From IMG/VR virus record IMGVR_UViG_3300017760_000001, positions 64,001 through 128,000 of that record: a DNA stretch of 64,000 nt, one strand, 5' to 3'. Position numbers and translations under genes: made by a program. Shown one piece after another: positions 1 to 9,855 of this stretch. Origin of the DNA: a virus. The notes beneath the pieces were generated by a model. It had not been told where the DNA came from. It saw only the letters and a program-made list of their open reading frames with translations, and made no database searches. Position 1 is the first letter of the stretch, and every line of letters begins with the position of its first letter.

Positions 1-1416
1 AAAGTATCCGAACATAACTAGATTCATCATCAAGTCATCATGGTTACCGTCAGATGCCTCGTAGGATTGACCCTTACCTACGAATGTACTGATTTCCATG
101 ATTGTGTTCTCGTCCATTATCTCTAGTTTGCCTTCCTCAAGTATATCCTTGATGGCGGTACAACCAAGACGTTTACTCTTGCGAGTCATCTCGATACCGA
201 TAGAGTTTGCTTTTACTGCGGATGATACGAATACATTCTCATATTCTAGATCATAATACAGACCGTTACAAACAACCGTACCTTGGTCATTCGACTCAAT
301 TACCACATATGCTTCGTTGTAGAGAGTGGAATACTTATATATAATATTAGGAAAAAGCACAGGCGATATAGAATTATTGCGATAGACGGCAACCTGTTTA
401 AATGGTTTCGTGCTAATGTCGATTACGTTAAACGTAGAATAGTCCTGTCCTCTTCCCTTCGATACATCGACACAGACAAGGTATTCATGTCCTTTTTGTG
501 GTTTATCGTAAACTAGGAAGTCCCCACCATTGAGGTATTCGATAGGTGGTTTTGCACGTAGGGATAATAATGTTTCTGCGTTGATTAATGTATCACCTGT
601 TCCAAAGAAGGTGTTACCAAATTCTTGATCGAACTGTAGTTGTGACGTGTTCGCAACTGTTTGACGCTTCCACTCCTCATCTCGGCCTGGCACATCATGC
701 CAGTTTACCTCAAAGGGTTTGAACTCGTTTACTCCTTGCTTTGCTCCAGTCCAGATTTTCTCGAATGGATTCCCAATGCCGTTCGCAGTGGAGGTAATAA
801 TGACTTTAGTTTCTCGACCAGCCGACACGACAGGATATGTGGAAGTGTAGAATTCATTTGCTCTTTCCACAAAAGCGAACTCATCAAGAAACAGGAGGTT
901 GACAGACATACCACGAATAGAACTGCCTGAGGTGGCAGCCGCAATAATTCTAGAGTTATTACTAAACTCAATACTACCTTTATTGAGTGCTTTACAACCT
1001 GGCTGTAAAAAGAACGGTAAGTTTTCCAATGCGAGCGTAACACGACCTAACATCTCCCTTGCAGTTGCACCTTTGTTGGCAAGCACTGCGATTGTTTTTT
1101 CGGGATGGAATATCGCATACCATAGAATATACACTACAGACGAAATACTCTTCCCAGATTGACGGCAGGCAAGTACTACGCAGAAGCGGTTATCGTTGAA
1201 ATGATTGAACATCTTCTCTTGATATGGATACAAGTTAAAGTTAACCAGTCCGTCATCAAGTGAGATAATCTTTACGTAGGTTCTTGCAAAATACGCTGGG
1301 TCATTCATACACTTAGCGTATTCTTTTACCGACTCCTCAGTCCATTCCTCCGCAACACCATCCTTCTTTACGTTGGGATTGCCGAGGTAACTATTCTTTT
1401 CCGCTGGGTTCAACAT
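1..1416 (-). CDS. gp17: Terminase large subunit (T4 gp17-like), runs off the window edge
   Basis: Not in the ORF track. Manual translation from the ATG at 1416 gives MLNPAEKNSYLGNPNVKK...LYPYQ...ACRQSGKS (Walker A), LFLDEFAFV (Walker B) and VDVSKGRGQDYS (nuclease). It overlaps gp16. Confidence 0.97.
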   Translation of the reverse strand, partial: MLNPAEKNSYLGNPNVKKDGVAEEWTEESVKEYAKCMNDPAYFARTYVKIISLDDGLVNFNLYPYQEKMFNHFNDNRFCVVLACRQSGKSISSVVYILWYAIFHPEKTIAVLANKGATAREMLGRVTLALENLPFFLQPGCKALNKGSIEFSNNSRIIAAATSGSSIRGMSVNLLFLDEFAFVERANEFYTSTYPVVSAGRETKVIITSTANGIGNPFEKIWTGAKQGVNEFKPFEVNWHDVPGRDEEWKRQTVANTSQLQFDQEFGNTFFGTGDTLINAETLLSLRAKPPIEYLNGGDFLVYDKPQKGHEYLVCVDVSKGRGQDYSTFNVIDISTKPFKQVAVYRNNSISPVLFPNIIYKYSTLYNEAYVVIESNDQGTVVCNGLYYDLEYENVFVSSAVKANSIGIEMTRKSKRLGCTAIKDILEEGKLEIMDENTIMEISTFVGKGQSYEASDGNHDDLMMNLVMFGYF

Positions 1417-1747
1417 CAATCACTTTTTCCTCATCACGTAGTATTCGCTGAAGGTCAGCAGTAGAACCTATAAACACATTGTTGTTGGTGGTGCCACCAT
1501 CTTGACCAATCTGTTTGGGTTCTTGTTTAATGTCCTTGTTCTTCTTATTCAAGTCCATCAACTTATCGTTCACGTCCGAGATGTTTTTGATCATCCCAGA
1601 TAATACTTCGAATGCACGAGGGTGTTCTGACTCTCGTGCCACTTCGATCATGAGTTCCAACGACTCCCTACCCTTCTCGATTAACTCGTAGTAGGTGTCT
1701 CTTGAATATTCATAATCGGTATTAACATTTTTGTTGTCATCTGTCAT
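1391..1747 (-). CDS. gp16: Terminase small subunit (gp16-like)
   Basis: DYEYSR...ESEHPRAFEV...NNNVFIGSTADLQ motifs typical of marine T4-like gp16; lies between gp15 and gp17. Confidence 0.92.
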   Translation of the reverse strand: MTDDNKNVNTDYEYSRDTYYELIEKGRESLELMIEVARESEHPRAFEVLSGMIKNISDVNDKLMDLNKKNKDIKQEPKQIGQDGGTTNNNVFIGSTADLQRILRDEEKVIDVEPSGKE

Positions 1748-2526
1748 TCTGCTTCACTGTCAAGGCTTGTTACATTAAATCCAAAGTCATCATCTGGACT
1801 TACATTAGATGGTGTAGGTGTTATATTTATCCCACTTGCAAATAGGTCACTATCTTGTGGGCCTTCATTCATTAGGAAGAAGTTTGTATTCACTTCTCTA
1901 ATGATAGGCGCATCTTTGTCTGGGCCATAGAAAGACACTTTCATCTCGAAGTCTAGTGTATAGAGAATGGTACGTCTTTGACCTACCGATCCTTCGAAGT
2001 CGTCCGAGAATGTAACACCGTTCAATATGATGGGGGTGTCTTCTGTAATCTCTGAGTAATCAGCAAACGGTTTAACCGATACTGTGTACTGGGGATTGAA
2101 ATATGGTATGACCTGTTCCACGATCTGTAGTGCATCGTCTTGTGACTTGGCATATACGTTCAACTGGAAACCAATTGTATATGGAACAGATGTATAAAAT
2201 CTTTTCTTTTTGGTATTGTCTGTGGCAGACCGTGTAAACTTATTTACCTTGGGTAACTGTCTCTCTGGATCGTATGCAATGTTTGTAATCTCGAAAGACA
2301 TACGTGGGAGTTTCATTGCAACTCTACGTTCCGCTTCCTCTCCCTTTGCCATCTCTGCGAGACGATCAATAAATGATCTACGTGGAGCATACGACAACGG
2401 AACCTTGACCTGAGATATTGTTGCGCCCGAAGAGTTCTGTCTCAACACGTGTATGTTATTGAACATAGAACCGAATACCGATACGGCAGTTCTTACTCTC
2501 TTGTTATAAAACCAAGTACCAAACAT
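1744..2526 (-). CDS. gp15: Tail terminator / sheath stabiliser (gp15-like)
   Basis: FGSMFNNI, KVPLSYAP, LPRMSFEI and QIVEQVIPYFNP motifs; synteny. Confidence 0.95.
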   Translation of the reverse strand: MFGTWFYNKRVRTAVSVFGSMFNNIHVLRQNSSGATISQVKVPLSYAPRRSFIDRLAEMAKGEEAERRVAMKLPRMSFEITNIAYDPERQLPKVNKFTRSATDNTKKKRFYTSVPYTIGFQLNVYAKSQDDALQIVEQVIPYFNPQYTVSVKPFADYSEITEDTPIILNGVTFSDDFEGSVGQRRTILYTLDFEMKVSFYGPDKDAPIIREVNTNFFLMNEGPQDSDLFASGINITPTPSNVSPDDDFGFNVTSLDSEAE

Positions 2527-4613
2527 TAGAACATATCTCCGAATGGGTTAGACTCTGAGAAGTCTAAGAAGTCTGCCTCAAAATCATCAAATACTTTATT
2601 CTGTGCAGTAGGTTGTATTTCCTGTAGATCTTCTACAAGTTTAGGAACCCACTGAGCGTTAGATGATGCACCGACTACAGATCTCGATGTTGAGAATGTT
2701 TTGAATGTACCATCAGTACTACCAACATGAGCGAGTTGAAGTATGCGGTCACTATCTGACCAACGAGTAACTTCACCTTTAATCGTATAACTTGCGTTGG
2801 TTTGGGTAACAGTCTCTCCGATCAAGAAGTCAGATGAATCTAAGTTTTCGGCTGTAGTAACTGTAGGCAGATCAGAATAAAATGAACCAGAGTCAACTAT
2901 ATTTACAGATGTGACAACACCATCTGTTATGTTGGTCGTCAACACCGCAGTAGACCCTTCAAAATGTTCTAGTAGGGCAGTATTAGAGTTACTATCAAAT
3001 GCGGAAACCACTTCAGTGAATGACGTTACTGGAGCAGGTTGCGATGAAACAATAATGTTTCCGACCATGTTCTCATGACCACCTACAGTACATTGATAGG
3101 TGTAAGTTCCTGTCGCAGAAGGTGTGAATGTTGTCGTTCCACCTGTCTCTGTCACCAGAACATTGTTCCCATCATCTTTTATCTCAACAGGGTGACCACC
3201 AGAATTGTTCTGTAGGACTAATGTATCTCCATTGATGATATTGATATCGGGATCAGTAAGATCTGTGATTTCACCGTTTCGGTCAGACTGACTCGCATCA
3301 AAGGTATAATCACTACCATCACCACTAGCAATAGTTAGAGTATACGATTGTGTAGTGTGAGTTGTCGTAGATGTTCTTCCGTCAAATATGTCAGCTTTAC
3401 TTCCAGCTAACGCACGGAACTCATCGATTTTGCCTAAAAAACCAGAATAAGAAACTCCACCGACTGTACGTGGCGATTCCGAACCTAATGAAACCGTGTT
3501 GGAAGTAATTAATGATAGGTTTCTAGTCGTGTCACTATCTAAAATTTGTGTGCCGTCTAAGAAAGCGTATATGCGACTATTTGTACCAGAACCATTACTA
3601 TCAAAACCAATAACTAAGTGATGCCAAGTATCATTCGTAAGACTAGCATTAGTTAAAATATTTGCATCTGGTTCACCAGATAAAGGTTCCCTGAAAGAAT
3701 ATGATATCCTACTTTGATCATCTATACCCCAAGTCATTATATTAGGATCGATGGAGTTAGTACCAGCAACAGTCATGAACGACTGATATTGACCATTTGT
3801 GGGAACCGAAAGTTGACGTAAAAAAAGTTCGACCGTACCGTTATCACTAGCAAATAAGAAATTCTGGGTAAAACCTCTATCTAGATTTGACGATAAGGAG
3901 TTTTGTCCAAACTTAGCAGTAGTCTGAGGCGCAGTGAGTGTTACTGTTGGTGCCGTTACATAACCCTTACCACCTTTGACAATATCAACCTGACGTACAC
4001 CACCAGTAACAGGATTAAGGTTTTGAATATTCATCTCTAGAGTGTTTTCTGAAGACGGTTCCATTGTGACTTTATACTGGTAAGCACCTTCATACTCAAT
4101 TTGATCAATAGATGCAATGTTAGTATCAAAGTCTTCGTCACTATATTCAAACAACTCACACTGCATTCGGAATACAGGTAGTTGACTCAGTTGATAGAAC
4201 GGAGTCTCGGTCTCTACCTTCATTACCTCAAACATAGAGTTTGACATCGGTAGGTAAATCACATCACCTTCACGTGGACGGAAACCAACCTCTGCTAGGT
4301 TGTCGCCAATTAGTTTCTTCCAACGTCTACGTGCAAATACGAATGTTGCCTGATCACGCAATTCGATACCAAATTTAGTGAACAGGTCACCCTCTCCATC
4401 GAACCCTTCGGTATTCTCGATGTAAGTCTCGATCTTGTACGCATCAGTAAATCGTGAAGGAACATCATCAGCAAAGATTTTATCCTTGTTGACAATTTCA
4501 CGTGGGATGTAGTATACGTCCTCACCATAGAACTTCAGAGACTCGATTACGAGATCTTCGTAAAGACTTTGTTCGGATCGTACCTTTTTGCTGATATACG
4601 GATTTGTTGCCAT
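2526..4613 (-). CDS. gp14: Neck protein gp14 with inserted Ig-like, LamG-like and cupredoxin-like domains
   Basis: N-terminal EQSLYEDLVIESLKFYG...KFGIELRD...RPREGD and C-terminal DFSESNPFG are gp14 signatures. About 400 aa are inserted between them. Confidence 0.93.
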   Translation of the reverse strand: MATNPYISKKVRSEQSLYEDLVIESLKFYGEDVYYIPREIVNKDKIFADDVPSRFTDAYKIETYIENTEGFDGEGDLFTKFGIELRDQATFVFARRRWKKLIGDNLAEVGFRPREGDVIYLPMSNSMFEVMKVETETPFYQLSQLPVFRMQCELFEYSDEDFDTNIASIDQIEYEGAYQYKVTMEPSSENTLEMNIQNLNPVTGGVRQVDIVKGGKGYVTAPTVTLTAPQTTAKFGQNSLSSNLDRGFTQNFLFASDNGTVELFLRQLSVPTNGQYQSFMTVAGTNSIDPNIMTWGIDDQSRISYSFREPLSGEPDANILTNASLTNDTWHHLVIGFDSNGSGTNSRIYAFLDGTQILDSDTTRNLSLITSNTVSLGSESPRTVGGVSYSGFLGKIDEFRALAGSKADIFDGRTSTTTHTTQSYTLTIASGDGSDYTFDASQSDRNGEITDLTDPDINIINGDTLVLQNNSGGHPVEIKDDGNNVLVTETGGTTTFTPSATGTYTYQCTVGGHENMVGNIIVSSQPAPVTSFTEVVSAFDSNSNTALLEHFEGSTAVLTTNITDGVVTSVNIVDSGSFYSDLPTVTTAENLDSSDFLIGETVTQTNASYTIKGEVTRWSDSDRILQLAHVGSTDGTFKTFSTSRSVVGASSNAQWVPKLVEDLQEIQPTAQNKVFDDFEADFLDFSESNPFGDMF

Positions 4614-4614
4614 A

Positions 4615-5382
4615 TTACCCTGCGAAGAAGATAGGGCCTACATCTTCCTCTTCCCTAAACCTAGTACGAATCTGTTCAAGTTCATTGTTAGCGTCCTCAA
4701 ATATAGAACGACCACTGATCTGAACACCCCCAGGCAAGGTCATGCCATCAAACTTTAATAGGTTGGTTCCCCATTGCCTTTTGATAATTGCGGTTAGATA
4801 CTCTTTAAGAAACTTGTGATTGAACAGAGAATTGTAATCACCACCAGCAGATTCTTCAGATGGAGTTCTGATACCATAGACTTCGATAACAATGTGATCG
4901 CCTACAGTGAGTTTCTCGGAACTCAAGTAGTAGTATAAACGATTACCTTGTCGGTCAAATGTAGTTTCGGGCGTACCGCTTAGTTTCATATCAAGTAATG
5001 ATAGATGTTGTTGCATTTGTTCGTAGTATGCAATGTCACCAGCATAGTTGTTCAAATCGGTGACATCGTTCAACATCATCTGATACTTGATATCAAAGAA
5101 ATTTGTTGTTTGTGAAACAGTGTTGATCGGGAACATACGAACAACAGTGGAGATGGATGCATCTCCGAGATCGATATATCCGTTGTTAACAATGTCTTGA
5201 GTGACGGCAAACGACATGTAGTGTCTACGTGAACCATCTGGATGATTCTCACGGAACCACTGAAGTGCCTCGTCTACACGATCTTCTAGTTGTTCGTCAT
5301 CGACATTTATTTCAAGAACAGGCGCACCCAAACTACGTAAGCAATAATCTATTAGTTCTTGTCTAGTGTTAGGACTTGCCAT
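4615..5382 (-). CDS. gp13: Neck protein gp13
   Basis: ELIDYCLRSLGAPVLEINVDDEQ and KRQWGTNLLKFDGMTLPGG motifs. Confidence 0.96.
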   Translation of the reverse strand: MASPNTRQELIDYCLRSLGAPVLEINVDDEQLEDRVDEALQWFRENHPDGSRRHYMSFAVTQDIVNNGYIDLGDASISTVVRMFPINTVSQTTNFFDIKYQMMLNDVTDLNNYAGDIAYYEQMQQHLSLLDMKLSGTPETTFDRQGNRLYYYLSSEKLTVGDHIVIEVYGIRTPSEESAGGDYNSLFNHKFLKEYLTAIIKRQWGTNLLKFDGMTLPGGVQISGRSIFEDANNELEQIRTRFREEEDVGPIFFAG

Positions 5383-5401
5383 ATCTCTTCTCTTAAATTA
5401 A

Positions 5402-6961
5402 TTAGTATGTTCCACCGTCAATAGCAGTAAGTCTAACTCCGCCAGAGGTAACAGTAAACTGATTAGTTGATCCACCATCCGATTCAGCAATACCGTCAAA
5501 CTTAGCAACACCTACCACACTTGTAGTCGCAATATCAACATTAACCGTAAGTGTGTTTGCAGCGTCATCGTAAACAGAACCAATACTTTGACCATCTGTA
5601 AATAAAGTATTAACACGATCATCAATTGTTTCGGATAGATCATGAATCGTTGCTTCAACGGTTTTGTTGAATACCCATCTGTCGTTCGATCCATCATATG
5701 TAAGAGATGGTGGACTACTGAATGAAGATGAACCAATAATGATACCAGCACCATTAGCTGCTGTTCCATCATCTGCACTGTCAGCGAGGGTAAGAACAAG
5801 ATCATTAATTGTTACTTCAGTACTATTTATTGTTGTTGTAGTACCTTGAACAGTTAAATCACCTAGGATAACAACTTCACCCGAATCACCAACAGGGCCT
5901 GGATTCAAGAAAAGAGTTGATTCACCAGCGTCAGTTGTACTGATTGTGTTACCATCGATTCGAATATTGTCAACATCAACTTGAGTAAGTCCTGCCAGTG
6001 TGGTAGAGGTCGCACCAAGATCGATTTCGGTAGTACCGATTGTTAGACTGTCGTTCGCAAGTTTAACGTTGGTAACACCGCCGTCTTTAATACGGAGTAC
6101 ATCTGAGTTTGTCTCAATAGTAGCATCATCTACACCTACAGCGAGAGATACAGAAGCACCAAGAGCTACACTGCCACCGCCACTCAGACCATCGCCCGCA
6201 GTAACGGTTACTGCACTATTTGCGAGTTTGCCGTTTGCGATAGAACCAGCAAGTTGATCATTGGTGATCGTACCACTCAGAGATGAAGTTGGGTAACTAG
6301 TCGCATTTGTTAAGTCAAATGCTGGTTGAGCAACGGAGTCACCCAATGAAACACTTACACCGCCATACTTAACTGCTGTATTAGTCAAGTTATAAGTTAC
6401 TGTATCATTAGTGACAGCAGATGTTAGTCCAGTACCGCCAGCGAAGGTTAGATTAGTACCAGTAGTATATTTGTCAGAGTCGGCTGCATCATCCACCAGT
6501 GTGATGACCATAGACAGTGCGCCTGTCTGAGCGTCAACATATTCTTTGGTGGTTAATGAGTTAGTACCAAACCCAGTTCGGTCTTTGTATCCTACTGGAA
6601 CGGTTACTGTTGCTGTACCGTTTGGTGAAAGAGCTAATCCTACATTAGTATCGGTCACACTGATAGTGTTACCGTTAAATCTTAGACTATCAACATTCCA
6701 CGAGTCAACTTTAGAATTAGCATCTAGAACAACTGCTTTTCCGTTTGCTATTTGACCAGCAGTTGCACTCAATAAGTCAGTGTAATACTTACCACCGATG
6801 GCACTTATATTTGCAGCTTCACCGTTACCATTTTCAGATCCCCAACCGATAAATAATTTACCGCCAGTGGTTCCTTCCCAAGAATATGCCAGTTCACCAG
6901 CGCCAAGAGTGGATGGGGATACCGCAACTCCTGATCGTTTAATTTTAATCTCAGTTGCCAC
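5402..6961 (-). CDS. Fibre-like virion structural protein
   Basis: N-terminal IKIKRS...LGAGELAY; Gly/Thr/Ser-rich repeats (KLANS, VDNIRIDGNTIS); C-terminal IDGGTY; located in the fibre block. Confidence 0.75.
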   Translation of the reverse strand: MATEIKIKRSGVAVSPSTLGAGELAYSWEGTTGGKLFIGWGSENGNGEAANISAIGGKYYTDLLSATAGQIANGKAVVLDANSKVDSWNVDSLRFNGNTISVTDTNVGLALSPNGTATVTVPVGYKDRTGFGTNSLTTKEYVDAQTGALSMVITLVDDAADSDKYTTGTNLTFAGGTGLTSAVTNDTVTYNLTNTAVKYGGVSVSLGDSVAQPAFDLTNATSYPTSSLSGTITNDQLAGSIANGKLANSAVTVTAGDGLSGGGSVALGASVSLAVGVDDATIETNSDVLRIKDGGVTNVKLANDSLTIGTTEIDLGATSTTLAGLTQVDVDNIRIDGNTISTTDAGESTLFLNPGPVGDSGEVVILGDLTVQGTTTTINSTEVTINDLVLTLADSADDGTAANGAGIIIGSSSFSSPPSLTYDGSNDRWVFNKTVEATIHDLSETIDDRVNTLFTDGQSIGSVYDDAANTLTVNVDIATTSVVGVAKFDGIAESDGGSTNQFTVTSGGVRLTAIDGGTY

Positions 6962-7218
6962 TAAAAGTTTCCTCCGTTAATGAACTGTTTTTCTAATGTT
7001 TTCGTTGCTTCGAAATTCTCTGAAGATGCATTGTAAACCAATACACTTCCGTCTTGTTTTGTGGTAGTGTCAACCCCTATTATATTGTTGATGTCGCCCG
7101 AAGATGTCCGAACATTGCTCACAGGTCTCCCGACTTTAAATGAGAATACTTTGGTTCCACCGCCAACCTTTACTTCGGTTACGGTATTCCCTCTACCTGT
7201 TCTTACATCTAGTGCCAC
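6961..7218 (-). CDS. Small virion-associated protein
   Basis: DGSVLVYN motif and C-terminal INGGNF; translationally coupled to its neighbours. Confidence 0.65.
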   Translation of the reverse strand: MALDVRTGRGNTVTEVKVGGGTKVFSFKVGRPVSNVRTSSGDINNIIGVDTTTKQDGSVLVYNASSENFEATKTLEKQFINGGNF

Positions 7219-7223
7219 TTTAT

Positions 7224-7580
7224 TTACCTAGTTACAGATGGGTTTACTTTTATTTTACCTTCTAGAATACGTTCTATAATCGTAACGCCATTTTCATCAT
7301 TAAACGACAACTCAACATCATACACATATCTTCCCGAAGTATTCAATGCATCAGTCTGAATATTAGTTAAAGCGAGAATAACTATACCATTACTTTTAGG
7401 ATCTTGAATAGTACAAGTAAATTCTACAGTATCATCTGCACCTGAGTTATAATTCCTCTTCATCTTAGAAGCGACTGTGTAACCAGTGAGGTCTTTTACG
7501 GAACCATCAGCTTCCTTTAGATGCATTTCAATTGCAACATCAGCGCCTTGATCGATTGAAAAGTCTTCGTAATTTGCCAT
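7224..7580 (-). CDS. Conserved small virion protein (Ig-like adaptor)
   Basis: IDQGAD...DLTGY...GRYVYDVE...RILEG.I.V.P.VT pattern seen in marine T4-like phages; has its own late promoter. Confidence 0.75.
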   Translation of the reverse strand: MANYEDFSIDQGADVAIEMHLKEADGSVKDLTGYTVASKMKRNYNSGADDTVEFTCTIQDPKSNGIVILALTNIQTDALNTSGRYVYDVELSFNDENGVTIIERILEGKIKVNPSVTR

Positions 7581-7612
7581 AAACCTATTCTAAAAAGTAG
7601 TTTTCTTTGTTT

Positions 7613-7620
7613 TATTTATA
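7613..7620 (-). promoter_or_regulatory. T4-type late promoter TATAAATA
   Basis: Exact TATAAATA on the minus strand, intergenic, upstream of the gene starting at 7580. Confidence 0.85.
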
Positions 7621-7633
7621 AGAATTGCAACCT

Positions 7634-8362
7634 TTATTTAGAACTAATTTCGGTTAATAAGTCTTCTCGGAAATCCTTACTTACCTCCCTACGATCATAG
7701 ATGTAAGAAATTGTGTGTCGCCAACACTTAGTTTTAGCTGCATGGTACATTAATTTTTCTGGTTCTCCGTAATGACCAAAGTATCCTGCTTTGAGTGACC
7801 ATCCTGGCTTATCTTGCATATACACAACCTCTTTCTTTTCAATGTCCCAGTATTTGAAATATCCCTCTCCAGTTTCACTCCACGTAAAGATAAGATTCCA
7901 AGCAGCTGCATTAGCGTTATTATGCCATGCGATATAACCCCCAGGCGGATAAACCGCATGTAGTGCATTATTCCTACAACCTAGGATATCCATTATACCA
8001 AGGTTAGTGCTGGATATATTTTTATACGCAAATTCTCTATATTTTATTTTTTCTGATGTCAATTTATAAGATGGGGAACGGTTTTTATCCAGAAAAATCG
8101 GTTTTTCTTTTTGATTAAATCTCAATTCATAACCATGTATAGTTTCAGGAAAACCATCATGTTTACGTCCCATAGAGATAATATCATGTAAATATTCATC
8201 ACTAACAAATTTATCGTCTGGATCTGCGTTTCCTGTAAGCATTGCGTTTTCTTTGAAACTATGAATATCTGAAGTGCGTGTAAGCAACGATTGATTTAAA
8301 ACTTCTAAAAGTTCTTCGTTTTCTACAGGTATAACTCGCATTCTATCATTATTTTCAATCAT
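7634..8362 (-). CDS. 2OG-Fe(II) oxygenase-like (DSBH fold) protein
   Basis: YPPGGYIAWHNN ... YHAAKTKCWR gives an H-x-N...H...R arrangement resembling the metal and 2OG ligands. Confidence 0.55.
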   Translation of the reverse strand: MIENNDRMRVIPVENEELLEVLNQSLLTRTSDIHSFKENAMLTGNADPDDKFVSDEYLHDIISMGRKHDGFPETIHGYELRFNQKEKPIFLDKNRSPSYKLTSEKIKYREFAYKNISSTNLGIMDILGCRNNALHAVYPPGGYIAWHNNANAAAWNLIFTWSETGEGYFKYWDIEKKEVVYMQDKPGWSLKAGYFGHYGEPEKLMYHAAKTKCWRHTISYIYDRREVSKDFREDLLTEISSK

Positions 8363-9153
8363 TATTTTTTCTTGCCTTTATCATCATTTGAATTAAAAAA
8401 ATGAAAATCTTTTTTAATACCACAAGAATAATGTCTTAACACTACTGGATTCTCTGGACGTGTTATTTCCCAGTTCCAAGCGTTGTAGTAGTTCCAACGC
8501 ATGTCATCATCAAATATACCGACTTTTAAATCTTTATATTTGGATTCTTTCTTTGTCAACCACCAGAGAGAGAACTGATCCCAAGCTTGAAGGGATTTTG
8601 CATATCCTTCTGGCCACCATTCTTTATCCATTTGTTTTTTGGTAAGTTCCCACCATTCATTTATAAATTCACGAACAATGGGTTTAGTCATATCGTAAAG
8701 ACAAACACCCCCACAGAGATCAAAATGAGTTCTTCCCTCATCGGGTGTATCAAAGTCATATTCAGCGTAAATATAATCTCTTTCTGGTGTGAGCGCAGAA
8801 AAAACGACATCGTGGTCTTTCATTTCATCCCAGATTGTAATAATGTCTTCATGTTCACATTGCATATCTGCATCAATATACATTGTGATGTCGTAAGGAG
8901 ATTGAGCCATGCCCCATAGTTTGGCACGGTAGTGATCATCACAAATTATAATATTGTCAGCTAATTCTCTACCGTAATCATCGATCATCCACTCTTCACA
9001 CACCAATGTAACATTGGCGTCCTCGTAGTAGTCTCTAATAGAATCTATTAGGTTGGTAGCGTAGATGTAAAAAGATCTCTTGCGAGAAGCAACAACTAAA
9101 AAACCTTTACTTTTTTGTTTCTTCTTCGGCACTCTCTTTCTCCTCATTAGCAA
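8362..9153 (-). CDS. Glycosyltransferase, GT-A fold (GT8/nucleotide-diphospho-sugar transferase-like)
   Basis: SPYDITMYIDAD (DxD), GGVCLY, WDQFSLW and RWNY motifs. True start may be the GTG near 9132. Confidence 0.8.
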   Translation of the reverse strand: MLMRRKRVPKKKQKSKGFLVVASRKRSFYIYATNLIDSIRDYYEDANVTLVCEEWMIDDYGRELADNIIICDDHYRAKLWGMAQSPYDITMYIDADMQCEHEDIITIWDEMKDHDVVFSALTPERDYIYAEYDFDTPDEGRTHFDLCGGVCLYDMTKPIVREFINEWWELTKKQMDKEWWPEGYAKSLQAWDQFSLWWLTKKESKYKDLKVGIFDDDMRWNYYNAWNWEITRPENPVVLRHYSCGIKKDFHFFNSNDDKGKKK

Positions 9154-9589
9154 TGTATTCTTGAAGAATCATCATTGCATATAGATCAACTTCAACTTTG
9201 CTTTTAGCACGTCTAAGTTTTGCCTTGAGTTTTCTATTTTTACATTTTTTTATTTCTTCAACTTCAAAGGCTTCCATTTTATACCCAAAAAGTTTCTCTA
9301 ACGCACGTGCCTTTTCGTGTTCAATGTCACGAATTTTTTTCTCTTCTTTTTCGGCTTTCTTTCTTGTTAGACGTTCTTCGGTGTTTTTGGTGATAAGGTC
9401 TTCGCCTAGAACTTCAATAAGTTCTTCAAAATCCGAATTTAAATTCCCCGACTTGGTGAATTTTTTAAGTCGCATTACCTGTTCGACTTTTTTATCTTCA
9501 TCGTCAATGATTTGCAAAATGCAAGTCACGTCATCTTTGGTATCTGGTGCTTCCCAAAAAGCATTATCTAACCATTTTCTACTACTCAT
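9107..9589 (-). CDS. Hypothetical protein (charged, helical C-terminus)
   Basis: 160-aa ORF with GGAG SD; coupled to the glycosyltransferase gene. Confidence 0.75.
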   Translation of the reverse strand: MSSRKWLDNAFWEAPDTKDDVTCILQIIDDEDKKVEQVMRLKKFTKSGNLNSDFEELIEVLGEDLITKNTEERLTRKKAEKEEKKIRDIEHEKARALEKLFGYKMEAFEVEEIKKCKNRKLKAKLRRAKSKVEVDLYAMMILQEYIANEEKESAEEETKK

Positions 9590-9639
9590 CTCAATCTCCT
9601 AATTGTTTAATGATGATATTATATGTATGTAGTCTTTAA

Positions 9640-9855
9640 CTAAAGAGGGTCTCCATGAGTGTCTCTGATCCACTCATTGTCCGTACTCAGATGTTGTACG
9701 AAAAAATGGACAATTGTAGAATCTCCTCTTTTACTTTCTCTTAAAGTTTCAAATTCAACCATAGCGTCTGACCAACCTGTTTCTATTCTTAGATGTATGG
9801 TATCTTCTTGTTCCGAAGTTTCTAAATTTAATGAAGTGTATCCTATTTCTATCAT
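9640..9855 (-). CDS. Small hypothetical protein, possible fibre chaperone
   Basis: Overlaps the stop codon of the fibre gene (ATGA). Confidence 0.55.
   Translation of the reverse strand: MIEIGYTSLNLETSEQEDTIHLRIETGWSDAMVEFETLRESKRGDSTIVHFFVQHLSTDNEWIRDTHGDPL

Noticed and set aside
283-1162. Short ORFs in the track over the first 1.2 kb
   Set aside because: They are shadow ORFs of the edge-truncated gp17 gene on the minus strand.
1-1416. Intein or intron in the terminase
   Set aside because: ATPase and nuclease motifs follow at normal spacing and no homing endonuclease motifs were seen.
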